Assembly (NCBI RefSeq): GCF_055900595.2
Contig: NZ_CM148325.1
DNA: 64,000 nt
Reading direction: 5' to 3' (one strand)
Below are positions 47,347-58,514 of this stretch, one piece after another; position 1 is the first letter of the stretch; the number at the start of each line of letters is the position of its first letter. The notes below the pieces were generated by a model. The model was given only the letters and a program-made list of their open reading frames with translations. It was not told the DNA's origin and did no database searches. Made by a program: the position numbers and the translations under genes.

Positions 47347-49977
47347 ATGAGCAAGAGCACCGCTGAGATCCGTCAGGCGTTTCTCGACTTTTTCCATAGT
47401 AAGGGACATCAGGTAGTTGCCAGCAGCTCCCTGGTACCCCATAACGACCCAACTTTGTTGTTTACCAACGCCGGGATGAACCAGTTCAAGGATGTGTTCC
47501 TTGGGCTCGACAAGCGTAATTATTCCCGCGCTACCACTTCCCAACGCTGCGTGCGTGCGGGTGGTAAACACAACGACCTGGAAAACGTCGGTTACACCGC
47601 GCGTCACCATACCTTCTTCGAAATGCTGGGCAACTTCAGCTTCGGCGACTATTTCAAACACGATGCTATTCAGTTTGCATGGGAACTGCTGACCAGCGAA
47701 AAATGGTTTGCCCTGCCGAAAGAGCGTCTGTGGGTTACCGTCTATGAAAGCGACGACGAAGCCTACGAAATCTGGGAAAAAGAAGTAGGGATCCCGCGCG
47801 AACGTATTATTCGCATCGGCGATAACAAAGGTGCGCCATACGCATCTGACAACTTCTGGCAGATGGGTGACACTGGTCCGTGTGGCCCGTGCACCGAAAT
47901 CTTCTACGATCACGGCGACCACATTTGGGGTGGCCCTCCGGGAAGTCCGGAAGAAGACGGCGATCGCTACATTGAGATCTGGAACATCGTCTTCATGCAG
48001 TTCAACCGCCAGGCCGATGGCACGATGGAACCGCTGCCGAAGCCGTCTGTAGATACCGGTATGGGTCTGGAGCGTATTGCTGCGGTGCTGCAACACGTTA
48101 ACTCTAACTATGACATTGACCTGTTCCGCACGCTGATCCAGGCAGTAGCGAAAGTCACTGGCGCGACCGATCTGAGCAATAAATCACTGCGCGTAATCGC
48201 TGACCACATTCGTTCTTGTGCGTTCCTGATCGCGGATGGCGTAATGCCGTCCAACGAAAACCGTGGTTATGTACTGCGTCGTATCATTCGTCGCGCAGTG
48301 CGTCACGGCAATATGCTCGGCGCGAAAGAAACCTTCTTCTACAAACTGGTTGGTCCGCTGATCGACGTTATGGGATCTGCAGGTGAAGACCTGAAACGCC
48401 AGCAGGCGCAGGTTGAGCAGGTGCTGAAGACTGAAGAAGAGCAGTTTGCCCGCACGCTGGAACGCGGTCTGGCGCTGCTGGACGAAGAGCTGGCGAAACT
48501 TTCTGGCGATACGCTGGATGGCGAAACTGCTTTCCGTCTGTACGACACCTACGGTTTCCCGGTTGACCTGACGGCTGATGTTTGTCGTGAACGCAACATC
48601 AAAGTTGACGAAGCTGGTTTTGAAGCAGCAATGGAAGAGCAGCGTCGTCGTGCGCGCGAAGCCAGCGGCTTTGGTGCCGATTACAACGCAATGATCCGTG
48701 TTGACAGTGCATCTGAATTTAAAGGCTATGACCATCTGGAACTGAACGGCAAAGTGACTGCGCTGTTTGTTGATGGTAAAGCGGTTGATGCCATCAATGC
48801 AGGCCAGGAAGCTGTGGTCGTGCTGGATCAAACGCCATTCTATGCGGAATCTGGCGGTCAGGTTGGCGATAAAGGTGAACTGAAAGGCGCTAACTTCTCC
48901 TTTGCGGTGGAAGATACGCAGAAATACGGCCAGGCGATTGGTCATATCGGTAAACTTGCTGCGGGTTCTCTGAAAGTGGGCGACGCGGTGCAGGCTGATG
49001 TTGATGAGGCTCGTCGCTCTCGTATTCGTCTGAATCACTCCGCAACGCACCTGATGCACGCTGCGCTGCGCCAGGTTTTGGGTACTCATGTATCGCAGAA
49101 AGGTTCACTGGTTAACGACAAAGTGCTGCGCTTCGACTTCTCACACAACGAAGCGATGAAACCAGAAGAGATTCGTGCGGTTGAAGACCTGGTGAACGCG
49201 CAGATTCGCCGTAACTTGCCGATCGAAACCAACATCATGGATCTCGAAGCGGCGAAAGCGAAAGGTGCGATGGCGCTGTTTGGCGAGAAGTATGATGAGC
49301 GCGTACGCGTGCTGAGCATGGGCGATTTCTCCACCGAGCTGTGTGGCGGTACTCACGCCAGCCGCACCGGTGATATTGGTCTGTTCCGCATCATCTCTGA
49401 ATCGGGTACTGCTGCAGGCGTTCGTCGTATCGAAGCGGTAACCGGAGAAGGCGCTATCGCCACCGTTCATGCAGACAGCGATCGCTTAAGCGAAGTCGCA
49501 CATCTGTTGAAAGGCGATAGCAATAATCTGGCTGATAAAGTGCGCTCAGTACTGGAACGTACGCGTCAGCTGGAAAAAGAGTTACAACAGCTTAAAGAAC
49601 AAGCTGCCGCACAGGAGAGCGCAAATCTTTCCAGTAAGGCAATTGATGTTAATGGTGTTAAGCTGTTGGTTAGCGAGCTTAGCGGTGTTGAGCCGAAAAT
49701 GTTGCGTACCATGGTTGACGATTTAAAAAATCAGCTGGGGTCGACAATTATCGTGCTGGCAACGGTAGCCGAAGGTAAGGTTTCTCTGATTGCAGGCGTA
49801 TCTAAGGACGTCACAGATCGTGTGAAAGCAGGGGAACTGATTGGTATGGTCGCTCAGCAGGTGGGCGGCAAGGGTGGTGGACGTCCTGACATGGCGCAAG
49901 CCGGTGGTACGGATGCTGCGGCCTTACCTGCAGCGTTAGCCAGTGTGAAAGGCTGGGTCAGCGCGAAATTGCAATAA
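47347..49977 (+). CDS. alaS: alanine--tRNA ligase
   Basis: 876 aa, class II aaRS. Confidence 0.96.
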   Translation: MSKSTAEIRQAFLDFFHSKGHQVVASSSLVPHNDPTLLFTNAGMNQFKDVFLGLDKRNYSRATTSQRCVRAGGKHNDLENVGYTARHHTFFEMLGNFSFGDYFKHDAIQFAWELLTSEKWFALPKERLWVTVYESDDEAYEIWEKEVGIPRERIIRIGDNKGAPYASDNFWQMGDTGPCGPCTEIFYDHGDHIWGGPPGSPEEDGDRYIEIWNIVFMQFNRQADGTMEPLPKPSVDTGMGLERIAAVLQHVNSNYDIDLFRTLIQAVAKVTGATDLSNKSLRVIADHIRSCAFLIADGVMPSNENRGYVLRRIIRRAVRHGNMLGAKETFFYKLVGPLIDVMGSAGEDLKRQQAQVEQVLKTEEEQFARTLERGLALLDEELAKLSGDTLDGETAFRLYDTYGFPVDLTADVCRERNIKVDEAGFEAAMEEQRRRAREASGFGADYNAMIRVDSASEFKGYDHLELNGKVTALFVDGKAVDAINAGQEAVVVLDQTPFYAESGGQVGDKGELKGANFSFAVEDTQKYGQAIGHIGKLAAGSLKVGDAVQADVDEARRSRIRLNHSATHLMHAALRQVLGTHVSQKGSLVNDKVLRFDFSHNEAMKPEEIRAVEDLVNAQIRRNLPIETNIMDLEAAKAKGAMALFGEKYDERVRVLSMGDFSTELCGGTHASRTGDIGLFRIISESGTAAGVRRIEAVTGEGAIATVHADSDRLSEVAHLLKGDSNNLADKVRSVLERTRQLEKELQQLKEQAAAQESANLSSKAIDVNGVKLLVSELSGVEPKMLRTMVDDLKNQLGSTIIVLATVAEGKVSLIAGVSKDVTDRVKAGELIGMVAQQVGGKGGGRPDMAQAGGTDAAALPAALASVKGWVSAKLQ

Positions 49978-50211
49978 TATAAGCGTCAGGCAATGCCGTG
50001 GACTCGCTTCACGGCATTCGCATTAACGCTATCGACAACGATAAAGTCAGGTTGAAGTTGTGTATATCGGCTAAACTTAGGTTTAACAGAATGTAATGCC
50101 ATGACTGCTTACATGTAATGTGTTTGTCATTGCTTACTTTTTGGCGTTATATGATGGATAATGCCGGGATACAGAGAGACCCGACTCTTTTAATCTTTCA
50201 AGGAGCAAAGA

Positions 50212-50397
50212 ATGCTGATTCTGACTCGTCGAGTTGGTGAGACCCTCATGATTGGGGATGAGGTCACCGTGACAGTTTTAGGGGTAAAGGGCAACCAGGT
50301 ACGTATTGGCGTAAATGCCCCGAAGGAAGTTTCTGTTCACCGTGAAGAGATCTACCAGCGTATCCAGGCTGAAAAATCCCAGCAGTCCAGTTACTAA
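50212..50397 (+). CDS. csrA: carbon storage regulator CsrA
   Basis: 61 aa, [40 protein letters not shown]... Confidence 0.96.
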
Positions 50398-50711
50398 TCT
50401 TTCCGCGTCTCATCTTTATCGGTGAGACGCACCCTCAAAATTCCTCCTTCACTCCATTTCTTTTCGCGTTATTCCCGTTCATTCAACTTAAGTCTCCATT
50501 TTTTTGCATTACTGCTATCTGTCAGACCTCCGTTTTTCTGTTGATAAAACACTCTTTTTGACGTTTTTACAGACTAATTGAGCGTGAAGTGTGCAAACGA
50601 TAAAAGTGTGGGAAAAATTGTTTGACTTATAAGTCTCAGAAAGTAATATGTGCGCCACGCAGCGACGATGAGCGATAAACAAGTTCTTCGAAGCACTCGT
50701 AAGAGGCGTGT

Positions 50712-50804
50712 GGTGAGGTGGCCGAGAGGCTGAAGGCGCTCCCCTGCTAAGGGAGTATGCGGTCAAAAGCTGCATCCGGGGTTCGAATCCCCGCCTCACC
50801 GCCA
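50712..50804 (+). tRNA. serV: tRNA-Ser (anticodon GCU)
   Basis: 93 nt with long variable arm, anticodon loop CU-GCU-AA, 3' CCA encoded. Confidence 0.93.
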
Positions 50805-50807
50805 TTT

Positions 50808-50884
50808 GCATCCGTAGCTCAGCTGGATAGAGTACTCGGCTACGAACCGAGCGGTCGGAGGTTCGAATCCTCCCGGATGCACCA
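50808..50884 (+). tRNA. argV: tRNA-Arg (anticodon ACG), copy 1
   Basis: 77 nt GCATCCGTAGCTCAGCTGGATAGAGTACTCGGCTACGAACCGAG...CACCA; 3 nt after serV. Confidence 0.93.
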
Positions 50885-50947
50885 TATTCTACGAAATCTT
50901 CAGCAATGAAGGTGTCGAAGAGGTGGCGGTACTAACCGCAAGCACCA

Positions 50948-51019
50948 GGGAGGATAACGTTGCTTTAGCAACGGCCCGAAGGGCGAGCCGTAAGGCGAGT
51001 AATCCTCCCGGATGCACCA
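50948..51019 (+). other. tRNA-like structured spacer element ending in a copy of the tRNA-Arg 3' end
   Basis: 72 nt: stem GGGAGGA...TCCTCCC, internal hairpins, terminal aatcctcccggatgcacca identical to tRNA-Arg 3' 19 nt. Confidence 0.45.
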
Positions 51020-51083
51020 TCTCTTACTTGATACGGCTTTAGTAGCGGTATCAAAAAATCTGCAGTAAAGTAAGTTTCCCGAT

Positions 51084-51160
51084 GCATCCGTAGCTCAGCT
51101 GGATAGAGTACTCGGCTACGAACCGAGCGGTCGGAGGTTCGAATCCTCCCGGATGCACCA
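51084..51160 (+). tRNA. argY: tRNA-Arg (anticodon ACG), copy 2
   Basis: 77 nt, identical to copy 1. Confidence 0.92.
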
Positions 51161-51262
51161 TATTCTCCGTAATCATCAGTGATGATGGTTAAGATGGATT
51201 TTCTTATTTGATATGGCTTTAGTAGCGGTATCAATATCAGCAGTAAAATAAGTTTTCCCGAT

Positions 51263-51339
51263 GCATCCGTAGCTCAGCTGGATAGAGTACTCGGCTACGA
51301 ACCGAGCGGTCGGAGGTTCGAATCCTCCCGGATGCACCA
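51263..51339 (+). tRNA. argZ: tRNA-Arg (anticodon ACG), copy 3
   Basis: 77 nt, identical to copy 1. Confidence 0.92.
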
Positions 51340-51549
51340 TATTCTCCGTAACCTTCAGCAATGAACGTATCGAAGAGGTAGCGGTACTAACCGCAGGCAC
51401 CATCTCCTCCAAAAAATCCCCTTCAAAAATATTTCATTTCTAAATAACTATTTTATCCATTTCCTGAATATTCTTCTCCTTCGCCATCAGCGACAAAATC
51501 AAGCAATTACGCTAAAGTAGCGTCATATTTTTCGACTTGCGAGAAGACC

Positions 51550-52116
51550 ATGTACGAGCGTTATGCAGGTTTAATTTTTGATATGGATGGCACAATCCTG
51601 GATACGGAGCCTACGCACCGTAAAGCGTGGCGCGAAGTATTAGGGCACTACGGTCTTCAGTACGATGTTCAGTCGATGATTGCGCTTAATGGCTCGCCCA
51701 CGTGGCGCATTGCTCAGGCGATTATTGAACTGAATCAGGCCGATCTCGACCCGCATGCGCTGGCGCGTGAAAAAACAGAAGCAGTCAGAAGCATGTTACT
51801 CGATAGCGTCGAACCACTCCCCCTTGTTGAAGTGGTGAAAAGCTGGCACGGACGTCGACCAATGGCTGTAGGAACGGGGAGTGAAAGCGCCATCGCTGAG
51901 GCACTGCTAACGCACCTGGGATTACGCCGTTATTTTGACGCCGTCGTTGCTGCCGATCACGTCAAACATCATAAACCTGCGCCAGACACATTTTTGTTGT
52001 GCGCGCAGCGTATGGGCGTGCAACCAACGCAGTGTGTGGTCTTTGAAGATGCTGATTTCGGTATTCAGGCGGCCCGTGCTGCAGGCATGGACGCTGTGGA
52101 TGTTCGCTTGCTGTGA
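51550..52116 (+). CDS. yqaB: HAD-family sugar phosphatase YqaB
   Basis: 188 aa with HAD motif I FDMDGTILDT. Confidence 0.9.
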   Translation: MYERYAGLIFDMDGTILDTEPTHRKAWREVLGHYGLQYDVQSMIALNGSPTWRIAQAIIELNQADLDPHALAREKTEAVRSMLLDSVEPLPLVEVVKSWHGRRPMAVGTGSESAIAEALLTHLGLRRYFDAVVAADHVKHHKPAPDTFLLCAQRMGVQPTQCVVFEDADFGIQAARAAGMDAVDVRLL

Positions 52117-52541
52117 GTGAAGCTTTATCGCTTTTCTCGTTGTTTGCCAGTAGTTTCCTCAGCGCTACACTATTACCCGGTAATTCCGAAGTCGTGCTGG
52201 TTGCAATGTTGCTTTCCGGGGTAAGTCATCCCTAGGTTTTAGTGTTAACAGCAATAATGGGTAATAGCCTTGGAGGGTTAACTAACGTTATTCTTGGGCG
52301 TTTCTTTCCATTGCGTAAAACATCGCGCTGGCAAGAGAAAGCTACTGGTTGGCTGAAACGCTATGGTGCAGTCACGCTATTATTAAGCTGGATGCCCGTG
52401 GTTGGCGATTTACTGTGTCTGTTAGCGGGATGGATGCGCATCTCCTGGGGGCCAGTAATCTTTTTTTTGTGTCTTGGTAAAGCGTTACGTTATGTTGCAG
52501 TTGCAGCAGCGACCGTTCAGGGCATGATATGGTGGCACTAA
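52113..52541 (+). pseudogene. yqaA: DedA-family inner membrane protein YqaA interrupted by in-frame amber (TAG at 52233-52235)
   Basis: GTG at 52113 opens VSEALSLFSLFASSFLSATLLPGNSEVVLVAMLLSGVSHP-TAG-VLVLTAIMGNSLGG..., continuing in the same frame into ORF 52242..52541. Confidence 0.75.
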
Positions 52542-52586
52542 TTGTAGGCCTGCACACATGGTCACCATTACAGTTATGCTAATTAA

Positions 52587-54170
<1,584 letters not shown>

Positions 54171-54175
54171 CAGAA

Positions 54176-54250
54176 AAGAAAAAGGCCACTCGTGAGTGGC
54201 CAAAATTTCATCTCTGAATTCAGGGATGATGATAACAAATGCGCGTCTTT
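54176..54250 (-). ncRNA. micA: small regulatory RNA MicA (SraD)
   Basis: Minus strand reads GAAAGACGCGCATTTGTTATCATCATCCCTGAATTCAGAGATGAAATTTTGGCCACTCACGAGTGGCCTTTTT; between gshA and luxS, divergent from luxS. Confidence 0.85.
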
Positions 54251-54319
54251 CATATACTCAGACTCGCCTGGGAAGAAAGAGTTCAGAAAATTTTTAAAAA
54301 AATTACCGGAGGTGGCTAA

Positions 54320-54835
54320 ATGCCGTTGTTAGATAGCTTCACAGTCGATCATACCCGGATGGAAGCGCCTGCAGTTCGGGTGGCGAAAACAATGAACACC
54401 CCGCATGGCGACGCAATCATCGTGTTCGATCTGCGCTTCTGCGTGCCGAACAAAGAAGTGATGCCAGAAAGAGGGATCCATACCCTGGAGCACCTGTTTG
54501 CTGGTTTTATGCGTAACCATCTTAACGGTAATGGCGTAGAGATTATCGATATCTCGCCAATGGGCTGCCGCACCGGTTTTTATATGAGTCTGATTGGTAC
54601 GCCAGATGAGCAGCGTGTCGCTAATGCCTGGAAAGCGGCAATGGAAGACGTGCTGAAAGTGCAGGATCAGAATCAGATCCCGGAACTGAACGTCTACCAG
54701 TGTGGCACTTACCAGATGCATTCGTTGCAGGAAGCGCAGGATATTGCGCGTAGCATTCTGGAGCGCGATGTACGCATTAACAGTAATGAAGAACTGGCAC
54801 TGCCAAAAGAGAAGTTGCAGGAATTGCACATCTAG
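54320..54835 (+). CDS. luxS: S-ribosylhomocysteine lyase LuxS
   Basis: 171 aa; HTLEHL metal-binding motif. Confidence 0.96.
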   Translation: MPLLDSFTVDHTRMEAPAVRVAKTMNTPHGDAIIVFDLRFCVPNKEVMPERGIHTLEHLFAGFMRNHLNGNGVEIIDISPMGCRTGFYMSLIGTPDEQRVANAWKAAMEDVLKVQDQNQIPELNVYQCGTYQMHSLQEAQDIARSILERDVRINSNEELALPKEKLQELHI

Positions 54836-54852
54836 TCAGTTTAAGCAGAAGA

Positions 54853-54884
54853 GGCCGGGCTGGTGAAATCACCGCCCGGCTTTT
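54853..54884 (+). terminator. luxS rho-independent terminator
   Basis: ggccgggctggtgaaatcaccgcccggc + TTTTATT; convergent gene stop codon abuts it. Confidence 0.7.
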
Positions 54885-54885
54885 A

Positions 54886-55998
54886 TTACCTGTCAGTCAC
54901 CCGATATTCCACGCTATGTGCTTCATCAGGTTGAGGAACTTCCAGCCTTGAGGCCATCCGCATCACGACCGCTTCAGGAACGGCATACTCGCGCCTGGCA
55001 TTTTGCTGCTTCCATTGCGCCCACGGTACTTCCAGATAAACGATTTTTACTCGTGCACCGTAAGCCGTAAATAGACTGATGAGCTGGCTACGCAACTGGC
55101 GGGTAATGTTCGTTGCATTCCAGATGAACGGCTTCTTCTGGCGTAAAAAAACGCGCGCTTCTTCTTTTGCCTGTTGCACAATACGCCCGGTGGCGGTTTT
55201 GTCGTCCGGACTGGCATTGATTCGCCGCCGCATATCATCAAGGCTGATAACGTTCACTCTCTGGCACTGTTCACTGATAAAGCGATCTTTGCCCATACCC
55301 GGTAAACCACACAGCAAAATAACCTCAAAAGATTCAGCCTCCCAGGGAACAAAATCAGGAGAACTTTGTTCATGGGTCAGGTAATGCCAGCGTGCGGAAT
55401 CCGAAGCGAATGAACGCACTTTTCCCCAGCATTGTTGCTCCTGGCAAAATAGCTCGAACAGATCGATGCGTTCCAGCATTGATTGCTGATCATGACAATG
55501 GCGACCAAGCAGATCGGCACGAGCAAGCAAAGCGAGCAGACGTGTGTCGATACGCATTGCAGCCGTGAGCAGCAAACGCTCCGGTTCCGGACGTTCCAGT
55601 AACCATAGCGGTAACCCATGCAGACGCACCAGTGCAACAATTTGCTCGCGTAGCACGAACGGCGTCGGGATATCGCGCCATAAAATTTGTCGGGCCGTCA
55701 ATTCCCCCCGACGAGCATGACCAGGGGACTGAATACGTCCGTTTTCCTGCACGGTAGTACTGCGCTTTTCAACGTCATGCAATAACGCCGCCGCCCATAA
55801 AATTTCCTGCTGCTGAGCGGGGAGTTGCTGAAACTCAGCCATCGCAACGAGTGCGTTCAGCACCATTTCAGTATGCACACCAACGTCGCCTTCACCATGA
55901 TGCTCCGGGTCTTGCGGCGTGTTATGCATATCCTCAACCCAGCTAAAACGCTGGCGTAGCGTCGACCAGCGTTTGTCGTCGGTAAGTTGCCAAATCAT
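54886..55998 (-). CDS. bifunctional HD-domain phosphoesterase / P-loop polynucleotide kinase-like protein (HD-Pnk type)
   Basis: 370 aa; N-terminal HD motifs ([18 protein letters not shown]), C-terminal P-loop-like GLPGMGKD; start overlaps upstream ligase stop (ATGA). Confidence 0.75.
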   Translation of the reverse strand: MIWQLTDDKRWSTLRQRFSWVEDMHNTPQDPEHHGEGDVGVHTEMVLNALVAMAEFQQLPAQQQEILWAAALLHDVEKRSTTVQENGRIQSPGHARRGELTARQILWRDIPTPFVLREQIVALVRLHGLPLWLLERPEPERLLLTAAMRIDTRLLALLARADLLGRHCHDQQSMLERIDLFELFCQEQQCWGKVRSFASDSARWHYLTHEQSSPDFVPWEAESFEVILLCGLPGMGKDRFISEQCQRVNVISLDDMRRRINASPDDKTATGRIVQQAKEEARVFLRQKKPFIWNATNITRQLRSQLISLFTAYGARVKIVYLEVPWAQWKQQNARREYAVPEAVVMRMASRLEVPQPDEAHSVEYRVTDR

Positions 55999-56702
55999 GA
56001 CTGTTCTCCATAAGCGAACTCATGGGCCATCCGCGCCCGTCGCCAGTGGCGTTTCCAGTGCTCGGTGGTTTTGACATGATTTTTGCGCACATACTTGAAG
56101 ACGTTATGCGAAAAGTCAGCGACGGAAAACGCATCACGATTCCGGCTGACAATGCCTTCCAGCGTACAGGGTTGCCCGGTTTGTGTATCCCAGGGATCGA
56201 ACGCGCCGCGCGCATTGGTCAGCGCCAGAAAATCACGTTGCCAGCTTTTTTCATCATTCCCCGGCTGCGGGCCGGAGATTTCGGGAACGCAGGGGAAATC
56301 AAACAGAGCGGCGTAAAACTGCACCTCTTCCCAGCTCAGCCACATATCCTGGCAGCGAACGGCAAACAGGTAAAAGTCCTGTTCCAGGGCGCGGTATTCA
56401 ATGGAATGAACGGCGTAGAGATTTTCACCAAACAGTTCCAGATCGCCGAGATCGTTTTTCAGCAGTTGCCAACGCTGGCGAATTTTATAAGTCCATGCCG
56501 ACTGCGTAGGCGCAGCATGGGAACGGGCAAACACGCCGTAGCGGTTAAGGCAGTTATTTTCGCCGTCGAGTTTTTCTGTATGCACCAATTGCGTGATGGC
56601 CTGTAAATCCTGCCAGTAATCGGCATTAATACGGTCATCGCTGGTGGTGCCAGGGGAGAAAGGATAATGCCAGGTTCTCCCGTATTTCCGTTGGGTATTC
56701 AT
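55995..56702 (-). CDS. ATP-dependent polynucleotide (RNA/DNA) ligase-like nucleotidyltransferase
   Basis: 235 aa; motif I KLDG, motif IV-like LEGIV, motif V-like FKYVRK; first gene of two-gene operon. Confidence 0.75.
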   Translation of the reverse strand: MNTQRKYGRTWHYPFSPGTTSDDRINADYWQDLQAITQLVHTEKLDGENNCLNRYGVFARSHAAPTQSAWTYKIRQRWQLLKNDLGDLELFGENLYAVHSIEYRALEQDFYLFAVRCQDMWLSWEEVQFYAALFDFPCVPEISGPQPGNDEKSWQRDFLALTNARGAFDPWDTQTGQPCTLEGIVSRNRDAFSVADFSHNVFKYVRKNHVKTTEHWKRHWRRARMAHEFAYGEQS

Positions 56703-56754
56703 AATAATCCATTATTTTGTGTGTAATAAATGTACGCCCGCGAGGGTGCGAGTT

Positions 56755-56922
56755 ATGGGGTTAAAAGAAAAATGTGAGTATCACCCGCGAAAGCGAGGGC
56801 GAAGGAAAAAGAGAATTAACAACCTGAGCGAATGCTCAGAACCGGTTAATGGTGAATGGAAGAGTTTGGGGCGGCGAAAAGATACACCGTTTGAGATGAT
56901 AAAACAACCGTTTACAGAATGA
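56755..56922 (+). CDS. possible small basic protein (55 aa), speculative
   Basis: ATG preceded by GAGGG 8 nt upstream; product MGLKEKCEYHPRKRGRRKKRINNLSECSEP...; divergent from ligase operon; no homology support. Confidence 0.25.
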   Translation: MGLKEKCEYHPRKRGRRKKRINNLSECSEPVNGEWKSLGRRKDTPFEMIKQPFTE

Positions 56923-56924
56923 GC

Positions 56925-56952
56925 AAATAAAAAGGGAGCCGCAGCTCCCTTT
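56925..56952 (-). terminator. emrB rho-independent terminator
   Basis: Minus strand: gggagctgcggctccc followed by TTTTT directly after emrB stop. Confidence 0.7.
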
Positions 56953-56959
56953 GACAACC

Positions 56960-58498
56960 TTAGTGCGCACCGCCTCCGCCGCCACCTGCGCCAAATGGCG
57001 GTTTAGCAAACCACACCAGCCCCAGCAGGACGAGGAATATCCCGGCTGACATCCAGAAGATCTCATTGGCGGAAATAATCAGCCCCTGATTGGTGATCTG
57101 CTGGGCAATCCAGCCTGATGCCTGTTGTTGCGTCATCCCCAGCCCTTCCAGTTGGCTGTACATCGCCTGAGCGTTCGGGTTAAACGGGTTTACCGACTCG
57201 GTTAACTGTGCGTGGTGCATCGACTCGCGGTTAGTCCACATGGTGGTGGTGATGGATGTGCCGATAGACCCCGCCAGCGTTCGCGTAAAGTTAGAGAGGC
57301 TCGATGCCGCCGCCAGTCGTTCCGGTGGCAAACCAGACAGCGTAATGGTGGTCAGCGGCATAAAGAAGCAGGCCACTGCGAAGCCCTGGATAAACTGCGG
57401 CCAGGCCGACGCACCAAAATCCATACCCGGTTCAAAGGTATAGGCACGCCAGTAGAAGCAGACGGCATACATAATAAAGCTGAAGGTTACCAGCCGCCGC
57501 ATATCCAGTTTATGCGCGAAGCGGCCGATAATCGGCGACAGGATCACCGGAATAATCCCTACCGGCGCAGAGGCCAAACCTGCCCAGGTCGCCGTGTAAC
57601 CGTAGACCTCCTGCAACAACTGCGGCAGCAGAACAATCGCGCCGAAGTAGAGCATATACGCGAGGCTGATACACAAGCAGCCGATGGTGAAGTTGCGCGA
57701 CTTAAACAACGACAGATCGACTATCGGGTTATCGTCGGTCAGCTCCCAGACAATCAGGAAGCAGATAGCCACCACCGCCACCACGGTGAGGATGATTATT
57801 TCCTGCGATGAGAACCAGTCCAGCTCTTTACCGCGGTCGAGCATAATCTGCAGGCTGCCGATACCAATCACCAGCAGTGCCAGCCCCACGGCATCAATCC
57901 GCCGCCGTTCGGTGCGGGTTTCGCGTCCGCGCAGGGTTTGCAGTGTCATCAACACCACCGCCACGCCAATCGGCACGTTGATGAAGAATATCCAGCCCCA
58001 GTGGTAATTATCGCTGATATAACCGCCGAGGATCGGGCCGCAAATTGGCGCGACAATCACCGTCATCGACCACAACGCCAGCGCGATCGAGCGTTTGGCT
58101 GGCGGGTAGTTATTCAGCAATAGACTTTGCGAAAGCGGGATCAATGGCCCGGCGACAATCCCCTGAATCACGCGGAAGAAGATCAGCATATTCAGGCTGC
58201 TGGAGACACCACATGCCCACGATGCAATAGCGAAGGCGATGGTCGACCAGAGGAACAGCTTCACTTCCCCAACACGTTTTGCCAGCCAGCCGGTAAGCGG
58301 GATCGAGATGGCATTCGCCACCCCGAAAGAAGTGATTACCCACGTTCCCTGGCTGAGCGATGAGCCCAGATTCCCGGCGATAGTGGGGATCGCCACGTTA
58401 GCAATGGTGGAGTCCAGCACCTGCATGAATGTCGCTAGTGACAGCGCAATCGTCATAATGACCAGTTGCGCGCCTTCCAGCGGTTTTTGCTGTTGCAT
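56960..58498 (-). CDS. emrB: multidrug efflux MFS transporter EmrB
   Basis: ORF trimmed to MQQQKPLEGAQLVIMTIALSLATFM... (512 aa). Confidence 0.94.
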   Translation of the reverse strand: MQQQKPLEGAQLVIMTIALSLATFMQVLDSTIANVAIPTIAGNLGSSLSQGTWVITSFGVANAISIPLTGWLAKRVGEVKLFLWSTIAFAIASWACGVSSSLNMLIFFRVIQGIVAGPLIPLSQSLLLNNYPPAKRSIALALWSMTVIVAPICGPILGGYISDNYHWGWIFFINVPIGVAVVLMTLQTLRGRETRTERRRIDAVGLALLVIGIGSLQIMLDRGKELDWFSSQEIIILTVVAVVAICFLIVWELTDDNPIVDLSLFKSRNFTIGCLCISLAYMLYFGAIVLLPQLLQEVYGYTATWAGLASAPVGIIPVILSPIIGRFAHKLDMRRLVTFSFIMYAVCFYWRAYTFEPGMDFGASAWPQFIQGFAVACFFMPLTTITLSGLPPERLAAASSLSNFTRTLAGSIGTSITTTMWTNRESMHHAQLTESVNPFNPNAQAMYSQLEGLGMTQQQASGWIAQQITNQGLIISANEIFWMSAGIFLVLLGLVWFAKPPFGAGGGGGGAH

Positions 58499-58514
58499 TA
58501 CACGCACCTCTGGA

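Noticed and set aside
48184-49089. 301-aa minus-strand ORF inside alaS
   Set aside because: Antisense to alaS
50965-51412. Minus-strand ORFs (89 aa, 78 aa) across the tRNA array
   Set aside because: They run antisense through tRNA-Arg genes and spacers; spurious
56719-56754. GTG-initiated 67-aa version of the small basic ORF
   Set aside because: No ribosome-binding site for the GTG; the internal ATG at 56755 with GAGGG upstream is the only plausible start, and even that is speculative
54886-56952. Inserted cassette considered as a mobile element
   Set aside because: No integrase, transposase, inverted or direct terminal repeats seen; boundaries coincide with native terminators. Called as a strain-specific insertion of unknown mechanism
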